Below, piece by piece: positions 1 through 9,400 of a stretch of DNA of 64,000 bases. The notes under the pieces are model-generated. The model saw only the letters and a program-made list of their open reading frames with translations. It had not been told where the DNA came from and did no database searches. The translations under genes and the position numbers were made by a program. The first letter of the stretch is position 1, and the number at the start of each line of letters is the position of its first letter. The DNA lies in assembly GCA_964408705.1 (NCBI GenBank), contig CAYPAI010000003.1, positions 5,382 through 69,381 on the forward strand, in the 5' to 3' direction. The DNA is from Candidatus Woesearchaeota archaeon (GTDB taxonomy: Archaea > Nanobdellota > Nanobdellia > SCGC-AAA011-G17 > PNOQ01).

Positions 1-1
1 T

Positions 2-613
2 GAAATTTCTAACCATACTTCAGATGTACCTGGAAAAACTACAAAAGGAGGACAGAGTCAACAAAGATATGCTAGACTGAGGGAAGAAGCAGCACATAGG
101 TTTTTCCAAAGGGTTGCTGAAACTGCCAATAAAGAGTTTTCCCGTAAGGAAATAAAAGGGGTTATAATTGGGGGTCCTGGTCCAAGTAAGGAAGATTTTT
201 TCAATGGAGACTACTTGCAGACCCAAGTTAAAGATAAGGTGTTAGGGTTAAAAGATCTAAGTTATACTGGGGAATTTGGATTAAATGAATTAGTAGATAA
301 GAGTCATGATTTTCTAGCTGATGAAGAAATAGTTGAAGAAAAGAAGATTATGGAAAGATTTTTTCATTCATTATCTTCAAAAGGAGGAGGAAAGGCAGTG
401 TATAAGGAAAAGGATGTTTTAGATGCTTTAGCTAAGGGTGCAGCAGATACAGTATTATTATCTGAAGATTTAGAAGATGATTTTGTTGAAGAAATTGAAG
501 ATAAGGCAGAAAAGATTGGTGCAAAAGTAACGATGATCTCCTTAGAAACTCAAGAAGGAAAACAGTTAAAGGAGTTTGGAGGAGTTGCAGCAATATTAAG
601 ATTTAAAATTTAA
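2..613 (+). CDS. prf1: Peptide chain release factor aRF1, partial (5' end lies outside the window)
   Basis: The frame of ORF 215..613 stays open back to nt 2. It translates as ...PGKTTKGGQSQQRYARLREEAAHRF..., which carries the universal GGQ peptidyl-tRNA hydrolysis motif of eRF1/aRF1. The C-terminal part matches eRF1 domain 3. Confidence 0.8.
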   Translation, partial: EISNHTSDVPGKTTKGGQSQQRYARLREEAAHRFFQRVAETANKEFSRKEIKGVIIGGPGPSKEDFFNGDYLQTQVKDKVLGLKDLSYTGEFGLNELVDKSHDFLADEEIVEEKKIMERFFHSLSSKGGGKAVYKEKDVLDALAKGAADTVLLSEDLEDDFVEEIEDKAEKIGAKVTMISLETQEGKQLKEFGGVAAILRFKI

Positions 614-624
614 GATTGAGTTAC

Positions 625-634
625 TTTTATAAAT
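625..634 (+). promoter_or_regulatory. TATA-box-like element (ttttataaat) about 27 nt upstream of ATG 658, implying a leaderless transcript
   Basis: AT-rich octamer at the canonical archaeal -26 spacing. No Shine-Dalgarno between it and the ATG. Confidence 0.4.
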
Positions 635-657
635 ATTTAATTAATAATTATTTTGTT

Positions 658-1158
658 ATGGAAGAAAATAAAAACAAGATAGAAGCAGTTCTTTTTACTA
701 CAGGGAGGTTTTTGACTGTAGATGATATTAGTAGGCTTGTAGGCATTGGGAGTGTAGGGTACATTAAAAAAGCCCTTTTAGACTTAGAGGAAGATTATTC
801 AAATCGTAAAACTGCTTTGGAAATAATTAAAGATGAAAAAAATAGATGGAAGTTAAATATAAAAAATAGTTATTTGTATTTAACTGAAAGATTATTGACA
901 GATGCGGAGTTGGATAAACCTACTCAAGAGACTCTGGCAATTATTGCATATAGGCAACCTGCTATACAATCTGATGTAATAAATTATAGGGGAAATAAGG
1001 CTTATGATCATGTTAAAAAATTAAAAGAAGAAGGTTTCGTTCTTTCAGAGAGATTTGGTAGGACTAAACTATTAAAGTTGACTCCTAAGTTTTTTGATTA
1101 TTTTGATGTTGTTGAAGATGAATTGAAAGATAAGTTAAAAATCGGTCAAGGTGAGTGA
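658..1158 (+). CDS. scpB: Segregation and condensation protein B (ScpB-like, winged helix)
   Basis: IEAVLFTTGRFLTVDDISRLVGI... and LAIIAYRQPAIQSDVINYRG are typical of the two ScpB winged-helix domains. The start was trimmed to the internal Met that lies at promoter distance from the TATA. Confidence 0.55.
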   Translation: MEENKNKIEAVLFTTGRFLTVDDISRLVGIGSVGYIKKALLDLEEDYSNRKTALEIIKDEKNRWKLNIKNSYLYLTERLLTDAELDKPTQETLAIIAYRQPAIQSDVINYRGNKAYDHVKKLKEEGFVLSERFGRTKLLKLTPKFFDYFDVVEDELKDKLKIGQGE

Positions 1159-2387
1159 GTTTGGAATTTTTAACTTATATATATTTATTTTTTATTTTAG
1201 TTTCTTTATATTTGGGTTCTCTATTCCTTATTTTATACTATAAAAATAAAGAGTCTTTACAAGAAGATAGACCTACTACTGTGTTTCCCACAATTAGTGT
1301 TTTAGTTCCCGCATATAATGAAGAAGATACCATAGCACATACTATTACTGCAATCTTAGGTCAGGATTATCCAAAAGATAAACTGGAAATAATCGCAATT
1401 AATGATGGGAGCAAAGATAATACTTTGAAGGAAATGAAGAAATTTGGAAGTAAGATAACTGTTTTGGATAAAAAAAATTCAGGAAAGGCTGATTCATTAA
1501 ATGAGGGTTTAAAAATAGCTAAGGGAGAGTTGTTTGCAGTTATTGATGCAGATTCTTATCCTGGAAAAAATGCTATCACTAGTATGGTCGCATTTTTTGA
1601 AGAAGAAGGTGTTTCTGCTGTAACTTCAACAATTTTGGTTAAAAATAGAAAAAAAATTTTAGAGTATATGCAATCTGTTGAATATGCAGTTATTGCATGG
1701 GGTAGGAAATTATTGCAGTATTTAGAAGGTATTTATGTTACTCCAGGTCCACTAAGTATATACAAAAGAAAACAATTTATTAGTTATGGTGGTTTCGATT
1801 CTGAAAACTTAACTGAAGACATTGAAGCAACTTGGAAGATTTTAAGCCATAATAATAAAGTTAGAATAGATCTTAGATCTAAAGTGTATACGACAGTTCC
1901 TTCTAAAATAAGTGTATGGTGGAAACAAAGACTTAGGTGGAATTTAGGTGGGTTTCAAACAATGTGGAAATATAGGTCTACATTTTTTAATCCTAAACAT
2001 GGAATGATGGGTTTGTTTGTAGTTCCGTTTTTTATGTCACAATTTGTGTTAAGTTTGTTTGGGTTTGGAGTTTTTACTTATGTGTTAAGTAAAAAGGTAA
2101 TAAACACTTACTTAGTTTCTAAATATGCTTTGGCTGCCGAAAGTAATTTCCTTACATTGAGTGCATTGAATCTCAATCCTAATGTTTTTGCAGTTTTTGC
2201 AATGGTTTTGTTAGTTATGGGAGTTTTATATTTAATTTATTCTCAATTAGTTGTAGAAAATTCAAGAATCGGAGTAAAACAATATCATAAATTTGCAATA
2301 TATATGTTAGTATACTTAACTTTATATCCTCTTATTTATATTCACTCTTTATGGAGATTAATTATAACTAAGGAGAGAACATGGTAA
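1155..2387 (+). CDS. Processive family-2 glycosyltransferase (cellulose/chitin/hyaluronan-synthase-like, multi-TM)
   Basis: The GT2 core has a DxD-type signature (IDADS) and the Q(Q/R)xRW motif (WWKQRLRWNLGG) that marks processive beta-glycan synthases. There are N- and C-terminal TM helices. Confidence 0.6.
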   Translation: MSLEFLTYIYLFFILVSLYLGSLFLILYYKNKESLQEDRPTTVFPTISVLVPAYNEEDTIAHTITAILGQDYPKDKLEIIAINDGSKDNTLKEMKKFGSKITVLDKKNSGKADSLNEGLKIAKGELFAVIDADSYPGKNAITSMVAFFEEEGVSAVTSTILVKNRKKILEYMQSVEYAVIAWGRKLLQYLEGIYVTPGPLSIYKRKQFISYGGFDSENLTEDIEATWKILSHNNKVRIDLRSKVYTTVPSKISVWWKQRLRWNLGGFQTMWKYRSTFFNPKHGMMGLFVVPFFMSQFVLSLFGFGVFTYVLSKKVINTYLVSKYALAAESNFLTLSALNLNPNVFAVFAMVLLVMGVLYLIYSQLVVENSRIGVKQYHKFAIYMLVYLTLYPLIYIHSLWRLIITKERTW

Positions 2388-3055
2388 AACCTCAAACAGA
2401 TGTGTTTTGGAAAGCTTTAGTTTTTACAACAGTGGTGTTTATCATTGGAGTTTACTTGGGTGTAGTAATCGAAGATGCAAGACTAGAAGGATTTCAAGAA
2501 GAGTTTGATAATCTTGTAGTTAGATGGGGAGATTTGAGATTACAATCTTATTATTATCAAAATATAGATGAACTTTCTTGTGAAAAATCAATTGATGAAA
2601 ACTTAAAGTTTGGAGATAGGATTTATGAAGATGGATTAATTCTTGGAGAATATGAACAGGCTAATAGGTTGACTGATAAACTTGAATTTGAAAAGAAGAA
2701 GTATAATTTACTTAAAACTGAATTTTATATTAATTCAATGGTTTTAAAGGAAAAATGTGATGCAGATTATGATATTTTGCTTTATTTTTATATGGATTCT
2801 ACAGAAGATTTAGACATAAAAGCTCAACAGAATACTGTGTCTAGGGTTCTAGGAGATATCAAGGAACAGTATGGTCCTAATTTAATCTTAATACCTCTGG
2901 CAGCAGATATGGATATTTCTGTGATCAGTATTTTGTTAGAGACACATAATGTTCAATCTTTCCCTTCTGTATGGGTAGATTCTGGAGTAGTGCTTCAAGG
3001 AGTGTATAGTCTGGAAGAAATTTCTTCATTTTTATCGCCTCCCCCATCACCATAA
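2381..3055 (+). CDS. Hypothetical protein with one N-terminal TM helix; possible synthase partner
   Basis: Overlaps the GT2 gene by 7 nt and lies in the same orientation, which suggests a shared operon. I recognise no motif. Confidence 0.35.
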   Translation: MVKPQTDVFWKALVFTTVVFIIGVYLGVVIEDARLEGFQEEFDNLVVRWGDLRLQSYYYQNIDELSCEKSIDENLKFGDRIYEDGLILGEYEQANRLTDKLEFEKKKYNLLKTEFYINSMVLKEKCDADYDILLYFYMDSTEDLDIKAQQNTVSRVLGDIKEQYGPNLILIPLAADMDISVISILLETHNVQSFPSVWVDSGVVLQGVYSLEEISSFLSPPPSP

Positions 3056-3086
3056 TCTTTTTATTTTTGTTTAGTTTTCTAATTAT

Positions 3087-3545
3087 ATGGATATCTGTGA
3101 GATGTGTGGTAAAGAGGGTGAATTGGTTGATTCTATAGTCGAAGGAACAATGATGAATGTTTGTTTAGACTGTTCAAATTATGGTAAAGTTGTAATGATA
3201 AATAGGCCTGTGATAGATAGAAAGGTTAAAATGAAAAAAGAAACCGAAGAAGCAGGTTATGTGGAAGTTGTTGTTGATAATTATTCTGAAAGAATTAAAA
3301 AAGCTAGAGAAAATAAAAATATGAAACAAGAGGATTTGGCTAAAGCAATTGCTGAAAAAGAATCAGTGATACATCAACTTGAATCCTCAAAGTTAAAACC
3401 AAATTTTAAACTTGCTCAGAAACTAGAAATATTTCTTAATATAAAGATTTTAGAAAAGGCTGAAACCAATCTTTCCGAGAAAAAGAATGTAAATTTTAAA
3501 AGTTCTAATCTAACCATAGCAGATTTGATCAGCAAGAAAGACTAA
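3087..3545 (+). CDS. mbf1: Archaeal multiprotein-bridging factor 1 (aMBF1): Zn-ribbon plus HTH-XRE
   Basis: N-terminal CxxC...CxxC (CEMCGK...CLDCSNYGK). C-terminal cro/C1-type HTH (ERIKKARENKNMKQEDLAKAIAEKESVIHQLE). Confidence 0.65.
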   Translation: MDICEMCGKEGELVDSIVEGTMMNVCLDCSNYGKVVMINRPVIDRKVKMKKETEEAGYVEVVVDNYSERIKKARENKNMKQEDLAKAIAEKESVIHQLESSKLKPNFKLAQKLEIFLNIKILEKAETNLSEKKNVNFKSSNLTIADLISKKD

Positions 3546-3589
3546 CTAACCGAAAGGTTTAAAAGAATACCAAGTTCAATTTTTCTGAA

Positions 3590-3862
3590 ATGGAACTTAA
3601 TATTTTAGATAAGGGTAAGGATTTTATTAAGATTGAATTAGTTGGAGAAGATCATACTTTAGCTAATGCATTAGCAGATGAACTACATAATGATTCTCAT
3701 GTAACTGTTTCAGGATATAAAAGAGATCATCCTTTGGTAGGTAGTCCTGTGTTGGTAGTTAAGACCGATGGGAAAGAAGATCCCATTAAAGCTATTGAAG
3801 CATGTGTGGCTAGGTTGAAAAAGAAAAATTCGGAGTTCCTTTTACAGATTAAGGAAATATGA
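3590..3862 (+). CDS. rpoL: DNA-directed RNA polymerase subunit L (Rpo11)
   Basis: 90 aa. IELVGEDHTLANALADEL...VSGYKRDHPL is the conserved Rpb11/RpoL dimerisation fold sequence. Confidence 0.7.
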   Translation: MELNILDKGKDFIKIELVGEDHTLANALADELHNDSHVTVSGYKRDHPLVGSPVLVVKTDGKEDPIKAIEACVARLKKKNSEFLLQIKEI

Positions 3863-4434
3863 ACTCCTTAAGAAAAATCTGGAAATTTTTGTGGAATGAT
3901 GATACCCCATTAAGTTGGATTGTTTCTATAGGTTTAGCATTTGTTATTGTTAAGTTTTTGGTTTATCCTTCTATTGGGCTTTTGTTTGGAACTAGTTATC
4001 CAATTGTAGCAGTAGTATCAAGTAGTATGGAACATCCAGAAAATTTTGATAAATGGTGGGAGGATCATGAAGAGTGGTACACAGCTGCAGGGATAATTAA
4101 GGAAGATTTCTCAAATTTTAAGTTTAGAGATGGGTTCAATAAAGGAGATATTATGTTGGTTTTTGGTAAAAAATCAAAAGATATAAATATAGGTGATGTG
4201 CTAATTTTTGAGTCTACAACTCACTATCCAGTTATCCATAGAGTAGTCGGATTTTGGGAAGAAGGTGGAAGATATAATTTCCATACTAAAGGGGATAATA
4301 ACCAAGATAGCTATTCTAGGTTAAATGAAAAAGATATTCATGAGGATAGAGTTTTAGGAGTTGCTAGAATGAGGATACCTTTGTTGGGGTGGATAAAAAT
4401 TATGTTTACTAAACTATTAGGAGGGTTAATTTAA
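3859..4434 (+). CDS. Signal peptidase I, archaeal/ER type (Sec11/S26B)
   Basis: N-terminal TM, catalytic Ser box VVSSSMEHP, and the GDVLIF...HRV box. Confidence 0.65.
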   Translation: MNSLRKIWKFLWNDDTPLSWIVSIGLAFVIVKFLVYPSIGLLFGTSYPIVAVVSSSMEHPENFDKWWEDHEEWYTAAGIIKEDFSNFKFRDGFNKGDIMLVFGKKSKDINIGDVLIFESTTHYPVIHRVVGFWEEGGRYNFHTKGDNNQDSYSRLNEKDIHEDRVLGVARMRIPLLGWIKIMFTKLLGGLI

Positions 4435-4435
4435 A

Positions 4436-4762
4436 ATGGAAGAGTTATTTTGTTCGAAGTGTGAAAGTATAATGGTGTTAGATAGAGAAAAATCTAAACT
4501 TAGATGTATTAATTGTAATTTTATTCCTAGAAAAAAGGCCGGAAGTTTGGTGTTTAAGGAAAAAGTTGAATTGAGTAAAGATCAAGATATTGAAGTTCAA
4601 AGTAAGAAAGTTGAGACCCTTCCAAAAGTTAAAGAAGAATGTGGAAAGTGTGGAAATAAACATTCATATTATTGGACTCTTCAAACAAGGGCTTCTGATG
4701 AATCTGAAACTAGGTTTTTTGAGTGTACTAAGTGTACCCATAGATGGAGAGCCTATGACTAA
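4436..4762 (+). CDS. tfs: Transcription factor S (TFS / RpoM-like, TFIIS-type Zn ribbon)
   Basis: N-terminal Zn ribbon CSKC...CINC. C-terminal CGKCG...QTRASDESETRFFECTKCTHRWR with the acidic hairpin (RSADE-like). Confidence 0.75.
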   Translation: MEELFCSKCESIMVLDREKSKLRCINCNFIPRKKAGSLVFKEKVELSKDQDIEVQSKKVETLPKVKEECGKCGNKHSYYWTLQTRASDESETRFFECTKCTHRWRAYD

Positions 4763-4816
4763 ATGTCTAGTTTAGAATAGCAATTATTAAAAGGCATTGT
4801 GTATTCACTGTTTCTT

Positions 4817-5569
4817 ATGAAACTTGTTTTAGCTGAGCCTAGATTTTTGAAAGATAGTGTCAATATACTTTCAGATTTAGTTAGTGATGTAAGGATTAAG
4901 TTAGATTCAGATAAACTTGAAATTATTGCTATGGATCCTGCAAATGTTGCGATGATAGTCTTTAGATTATTGAATAGTGCATTTACAGAATATGATGTTA
5001 GTGGGATGGAAGTTGTTTCTGTTAATTTAGATAGTTTAAAACAAGTTTTAAGTCGTGCCAAACCTTCAGATAGTGTTGTTATAGAATTAGATGAAGAAAA
5101 AAATAAATTGAAGATAGGTCTTAGGGGAGAAACTAAAAGGAATTTTAGCCTTGGTTTAATAGATTATCATGAAAAAGATCAAAAAATTCCGGAGCTTAAT
5201 TTCCCAGGTTCAGTTAATATGAGTAGTTTAATTTTTAATGATGCAATAGAAGATATGAGTATAGTTTCAGATAGTGTTTCATTGAGCATGGTTCAAGGAA
5301 ATTTTTTAGTTGAAGCAGTTGGTACAAGTAATGATGCAAAAGTAGAAGTGAGAACTAATGAAAATACAGTTATAGATCTTGATAAAGAGAAAGAAGATAT
5401 AAAGTCTAAGTATTCTGTAACTTATTTAAAAAAAATTCTTAAAGGTGGAAAACTTACTGATAAAGTTAGTTTAAAGTTTGGTCAAGATTATCCTTTACAA
5501 ATAGAGTATAAAGTAACAGATAAATTACATCTGATGACGCTCTTAGCACCGCGTGTTAGTAATGATTAG
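4817..5569 (+). CDS. pcn: DNA polymerase sliding clamp PCNA
   Basis: MKLVLAEPRFLKDSVNILSDLVSDV... and the C-terminal LAPRVSND match the archaeal PCNA pattern. The start was trimmed to the internal Met. Confidence 0.7.
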   Translation: MKLVLAEPRFLKDSVNILSDLVSDVRIKLDSDKLEIIAMDPANVAMIVFRLLNSAFTEYDVSGMEVVSVNLDSLKQVLSRAKPSDSVVIELDEEKNKLKIGLRGETKRNFSLGLIDYHEKDQKIPELNFPGSVNMSSLIFNDAIEDMSIVSDSVSLSMVQGNFLVEAVGTSNDAKVEVRTNENTVIDLDKEKEDIKSKYSVTYLKKILKGGKLTDKVSLKFGQDYPLQIEYKVTDKLHLMTLLAPRVSND

Positions 5570-5575
5570 CGAAAT

Positions 5576-5584
5576 CTTTATAAA
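5576..5584 (+). promoter_or_regulatory. TATA box (tttataaat) about 27 nt upstream of ATG 5607; candidate promoter of the pilin-like operon
   Basis: Position and sequence fit the archaeal core promoter. It lies in the only sizeable gap before a run of six abutting genes. Confidence 0.4.
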
Positions 5585-5606
5585 TTTCTGAATAGAATCT
5601 TGTTTT

Positions 5607-6476
5607 ATGTCAAAAAGAGGCCAGATTACTATTTTTATAATCCTAGGAATTGTTATAATAACTGCCATTGCGTTATTTTTATACCTTGGTGATTTTTTTA
5701 CTAAAACCGATGTTGCCGAGGAAAATGTTGAGTCTTTTGTTTCTTCTCAAATTGAACCAAGTAAAAAAGTTGTAAGAGATTGTGTTAAGGAAAGTTTGAT
5801 TGATGCAGTTATTTTTGTTTCAAAAGGAGGAGGTTATTTTGATTCTCCAATGGGTGTTGATTTTTGTGAAGAATATTCTTCTGATTACGAAGATTGTTTA
5901 ATTCCATATGTAGCATCATATAGTTATTACCTTGGGCAGAATAGAGTTATAACAAAAGATAAATTTGCTATAGAGCTTAATGATTATATGACTAATTCTG
6001 ATAATTTTCAAGAAATTGTTGATTGTGTAAACATTAATCTAGATGTTGTCGAATCTTCAGGAGTAGACATTTCTGAGAGAGGTTTTAGTTTAAGTGTTCC
6101 TGAAGTTGGTGAAGATCGTATATATCAAACTGTTGATTTTTTTGATTTATTAACTATTAGTAAGCTTGATTATTCTGCTACAGTTTCTGAAGTTGGATTA
6201 AATATTGAAGCCCCAATAGGTAAAGTTCAACAAGTTGTATCAGATGTAGTAGGATGTTATTTAGGAGAGTATTTACCAAGTGATTATAATAGTTATTGTA
6301 ATCAAGACAATATTGTGTTTAATGCTGGATGGTATAATGTAGATGTACTTCAAGATCCAAGTATTAATATTGGAAATTTTAATGATTGTGTTGGAGAATG
6401 TGTAGATTGTTATTATGTAGGTTTTGATATAGAAGATAATGATGCTGAGTTTAATATAATATTAAAAGAATGTTAG
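5607..6476 (+). CDS. Type IV pilin-like protein (class III signal peptide), Cys-containing extracellular domain
   Basis: N-terminus MSKRGQ-ITIFIILGIVIITAIALFLYL: a short basic n-region, RG|Q, then about 22 hydrophobic residues. Confidence 0.5.
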   Translation: MSKRGQITIFIILGIVIITAIALFLYLGDFFTKTDVAEENVESFVSSQIEPSKKVVRDCVKESLIDAVIFVSKGGGYFDSPMGVDFCEEYSSDYEDCLIPYVASYSYYLGQNRVITKDKFAIELNDYMTNSDNFQEIVDCVNINLDVVESSGVDISERGFSLSVPEVGEDRIYQTVDFFDLLTISKLDYSATVSEVGLNIEAPIGKVQQVVSDVVGCYLGEYLPSDYNSYCNQDNIVFNAGWYNVDVLQDPSINIGNFNDCVGECVDCYYVGFDIEDNDAEFNIILKEC

Positions 6477-9400
6477 GAAAAAATAAGAAAAGGATGGCTG
6501 TATTTATGATTTGGTTAGTTATTTTTTCTTTTTTTAATTTTATAGCTATAGCTCCTAAAAGTGTTAGTGCAGAAGTTCCATATTGTTGTGTTCAAACTGA
6601 AGAAGATGATAATGGAAATAGGGAGTACTGTGTGTCTAGCGAAGACTCTGATGATTTTGGAGAACTGCAATGCGATGGTACTCCAGTTTATGGTTCTAAT
6701 TGTGCAGATGCTAATGCACCTCAAGATTGTGCATTAGAAACGTGTATACCTATTCTTGGTGATTCTTGTTTATCTAATTATCCTAAAGTTAAATGCTTGA
6801 ATGAAGGTGGTGTTTCTGATCCTGGAAATAAAGAGAACATAGCTGAATGTAGGCTTGGATGTTGCGACCTTGGAGGGTCTTGTACAATCGTTGAGCAAAA
6901 TGAATGCTTAGGCAGTCATGATTCTGGAATAACTAATCAAGTATCTTGTAGTCTTTCTTGTTCCCCTAGTCAGTTAGGTTGTTGTGAAATGGTAGGATCT
7001 TGTTCATTTACTAATTTAGGTGATTGTAATATAAATGATCCAAGTGTTGTTTTCCATCAAGATAGAAATTGTAATGAAGTGACCTCTTGTGCGGCAAGGG
7101 CAGATTCAAATTCATATCTTGGTTGTGGTGATTCTGGCCTAGAACAACATTCTGAACATAGTGTGTATTGGTATGATTCTGAAGGTAATCGCGAAAGTAT
7201 TCCTACTTCTGGTGTAAATTATGTTGGGCCATCTGGAGATATAATTAGTACTGGAGATGGGGCTTGCGGATATCCTGATTATACTTGTGAAGATCCTGAC
7301 GGGTTAGGAGTGGGCCAAGGGGCATATTGTAAAAGTACAGCATGTTTATTAGAAGGAGATTGTACTAATTGTAATCCTACTGAGTTCTTACATGGTGAAA
7401 CTATTTGTTTAAATCCTTGGGGTGGACATTTTACTAATGAAGCGAGAAGTAAGGAAATAAAGGGTTTTGTTTTAGAATGTAATTCTGGTCAAATAGTTGA
7501 GCCAACCGATGTATTTAGTAGGAGTGATTTTGTTTGTGTGAATGGTGAAAAAACATTTAATGATATAACTAGAAAGACTGCACGTAAGATTTCTAATGAA
7601 TATGAAAAATGTTTAGATTGTGGAGATGGCGGTTGGTCAATTTTAGACACAATATCTTATGTTCCTGGTTTTGGTGGTTTAATACAAGGTACCTTTGGAT
7701 TGCTTGGTTTTGATGATTTAGTGTGTACGTCTGGTTCTGGGTGGGATATTCTTGGTGCCGATTTTACAGGCACTAAATGTGAGGATGTTGGAAAAACTAG
7801 CGACGGTATTCAGATGTGTGAATATGATCATGATTTTTATGCGCCGATTGGATCTTGTAATCCTGTAAGCCCTCCCGAAGGAAACAGGTGTGATCTTTGT
7901 GGGAAAGGTGGAGATAAATATACAAATATTTGTACAATGGAAGAGTGTAATGTGCTTGGAGACTGTACTTTTGAACCTCAGACTGTAAATATAGAGAGTG
8001 CATTGGCAGCTGGTGCTTTATCTTTTGGAACTGCAGTATCAATATATACTGGTTGGTGGGTTGGATGTAAGGCCGCTAGTGCTTTAGGGTTTACAGGTTG
8101 TGAAGCTCCTCCAAGTTGGGCTACACCAGCTGAGTTATGGTATGGTACTGATAAAGTTGCATTATCTGTGTTTGGTCTAGATGTTACTACTTCTGCAATT
8201 TATTGGATGATTTTTGGATTAGTAGTGGATATTACAGGTGAGCTAACTAATGAAGAAGAGCAATATGTTTCTATTTTAGCAGATGAAGATGGATCCATTA
8301 ATCTTGCAAGAGCTTTGACTGTTGTGAATACTGTGTCTACTGAATCAGGGATAGAATATCATTGGATTTGGAAAAGATTATTGGGTTCATTATCTGCAGA
8401 AGTTTTTAACCCAAATCTTATTGGTGAGTTAATGTTGTCTGCAAAATTACATAAGATATATGAAAATATTATCACACGTGCAATTGAGGAAGGATATGGT
8501 CAAATGGGCTATTTATTTGTAGGTCAACCTTGTAATGCCGCTTGTGCTAATGCTATGGCCGAGGAAGTAGTAAATGCAGCTGCAGAGCAGGGTATAGAAA
8601 TTTCTCATGAAACTGCTCTTGAAGGGTTTAAGGAAATTGCAACATTTCATGGAACTCCTGCAACACCTTTAATCCCTGAAATCCCTGCAATTCCAGGAAC
8701 TTCTGCCTTAGGAGAATTTACAGATGCTAGTGGGAATATAATTACTTCAAATACTCCTGAAACTACTGTCACATGGACTGAAACTATTCCTGCAGATCCT
8801 GCAACATCTACACCTGCATTAGGAAATCTTGTAGATGCTGATGGAACTGTTTTATCTTCAGATGTTGCTCAAACCACAGTTACTTGGACTGAGACTACTC
8901 CTGCTGTAGCTGGTACGTCTGCAGTTCCTGAAGTTCCTGCTGCTGATGCAATTGCACCTGGTGCAGATTCTATAAGTGATGCTGCTGAAACTGCAGCTGA
9001 TGCTTCTGCAGATGTTGCTGATGATGCTGTAAAAAGTCAATTAGGTACTTGGACAAAACATATTCTTAGAACTGTTGGTGCAATAATCCATGTAGTTAGT
9101 ACTGCTAATTCATTGAAACCAGGAAAATGTGTTGCTGAAACTCCTTATGTTGGTAATGAGAAATGTGAAAATTGTGGAGGTGCTGAAGGACAGTGGTATT
9201 GTAGTCAAGAAAGATGTGATGTTTTAGGAGCAGTAAATAATCAATGTAAATATTTACAAGGTGAAGGTTTTGAAGATAGTAAATGTGTGTCTTTAGATCA
9301 TTCGGACGTAAACCCTCCTCAAATAACTAGGATTAGTGCTCAATTATTTGATTCATTAGGAGATTATGTTGAAACAAAAGAAGTAACTAGTAATAGTTTG

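Noticed and set aside
20-226. 68-aa minus-strand ORF at the window start
   Set aside because: Antisense to the aRF1 GGQ-motif region.
4478-5061. Small ORFs overlapping tfs and pcn (4478-4663 -, 4590-4775 +, 4759-5061 -)
   Set aside because: They overlap conserved TFS and PCNA coding sequence and have no independent signals.
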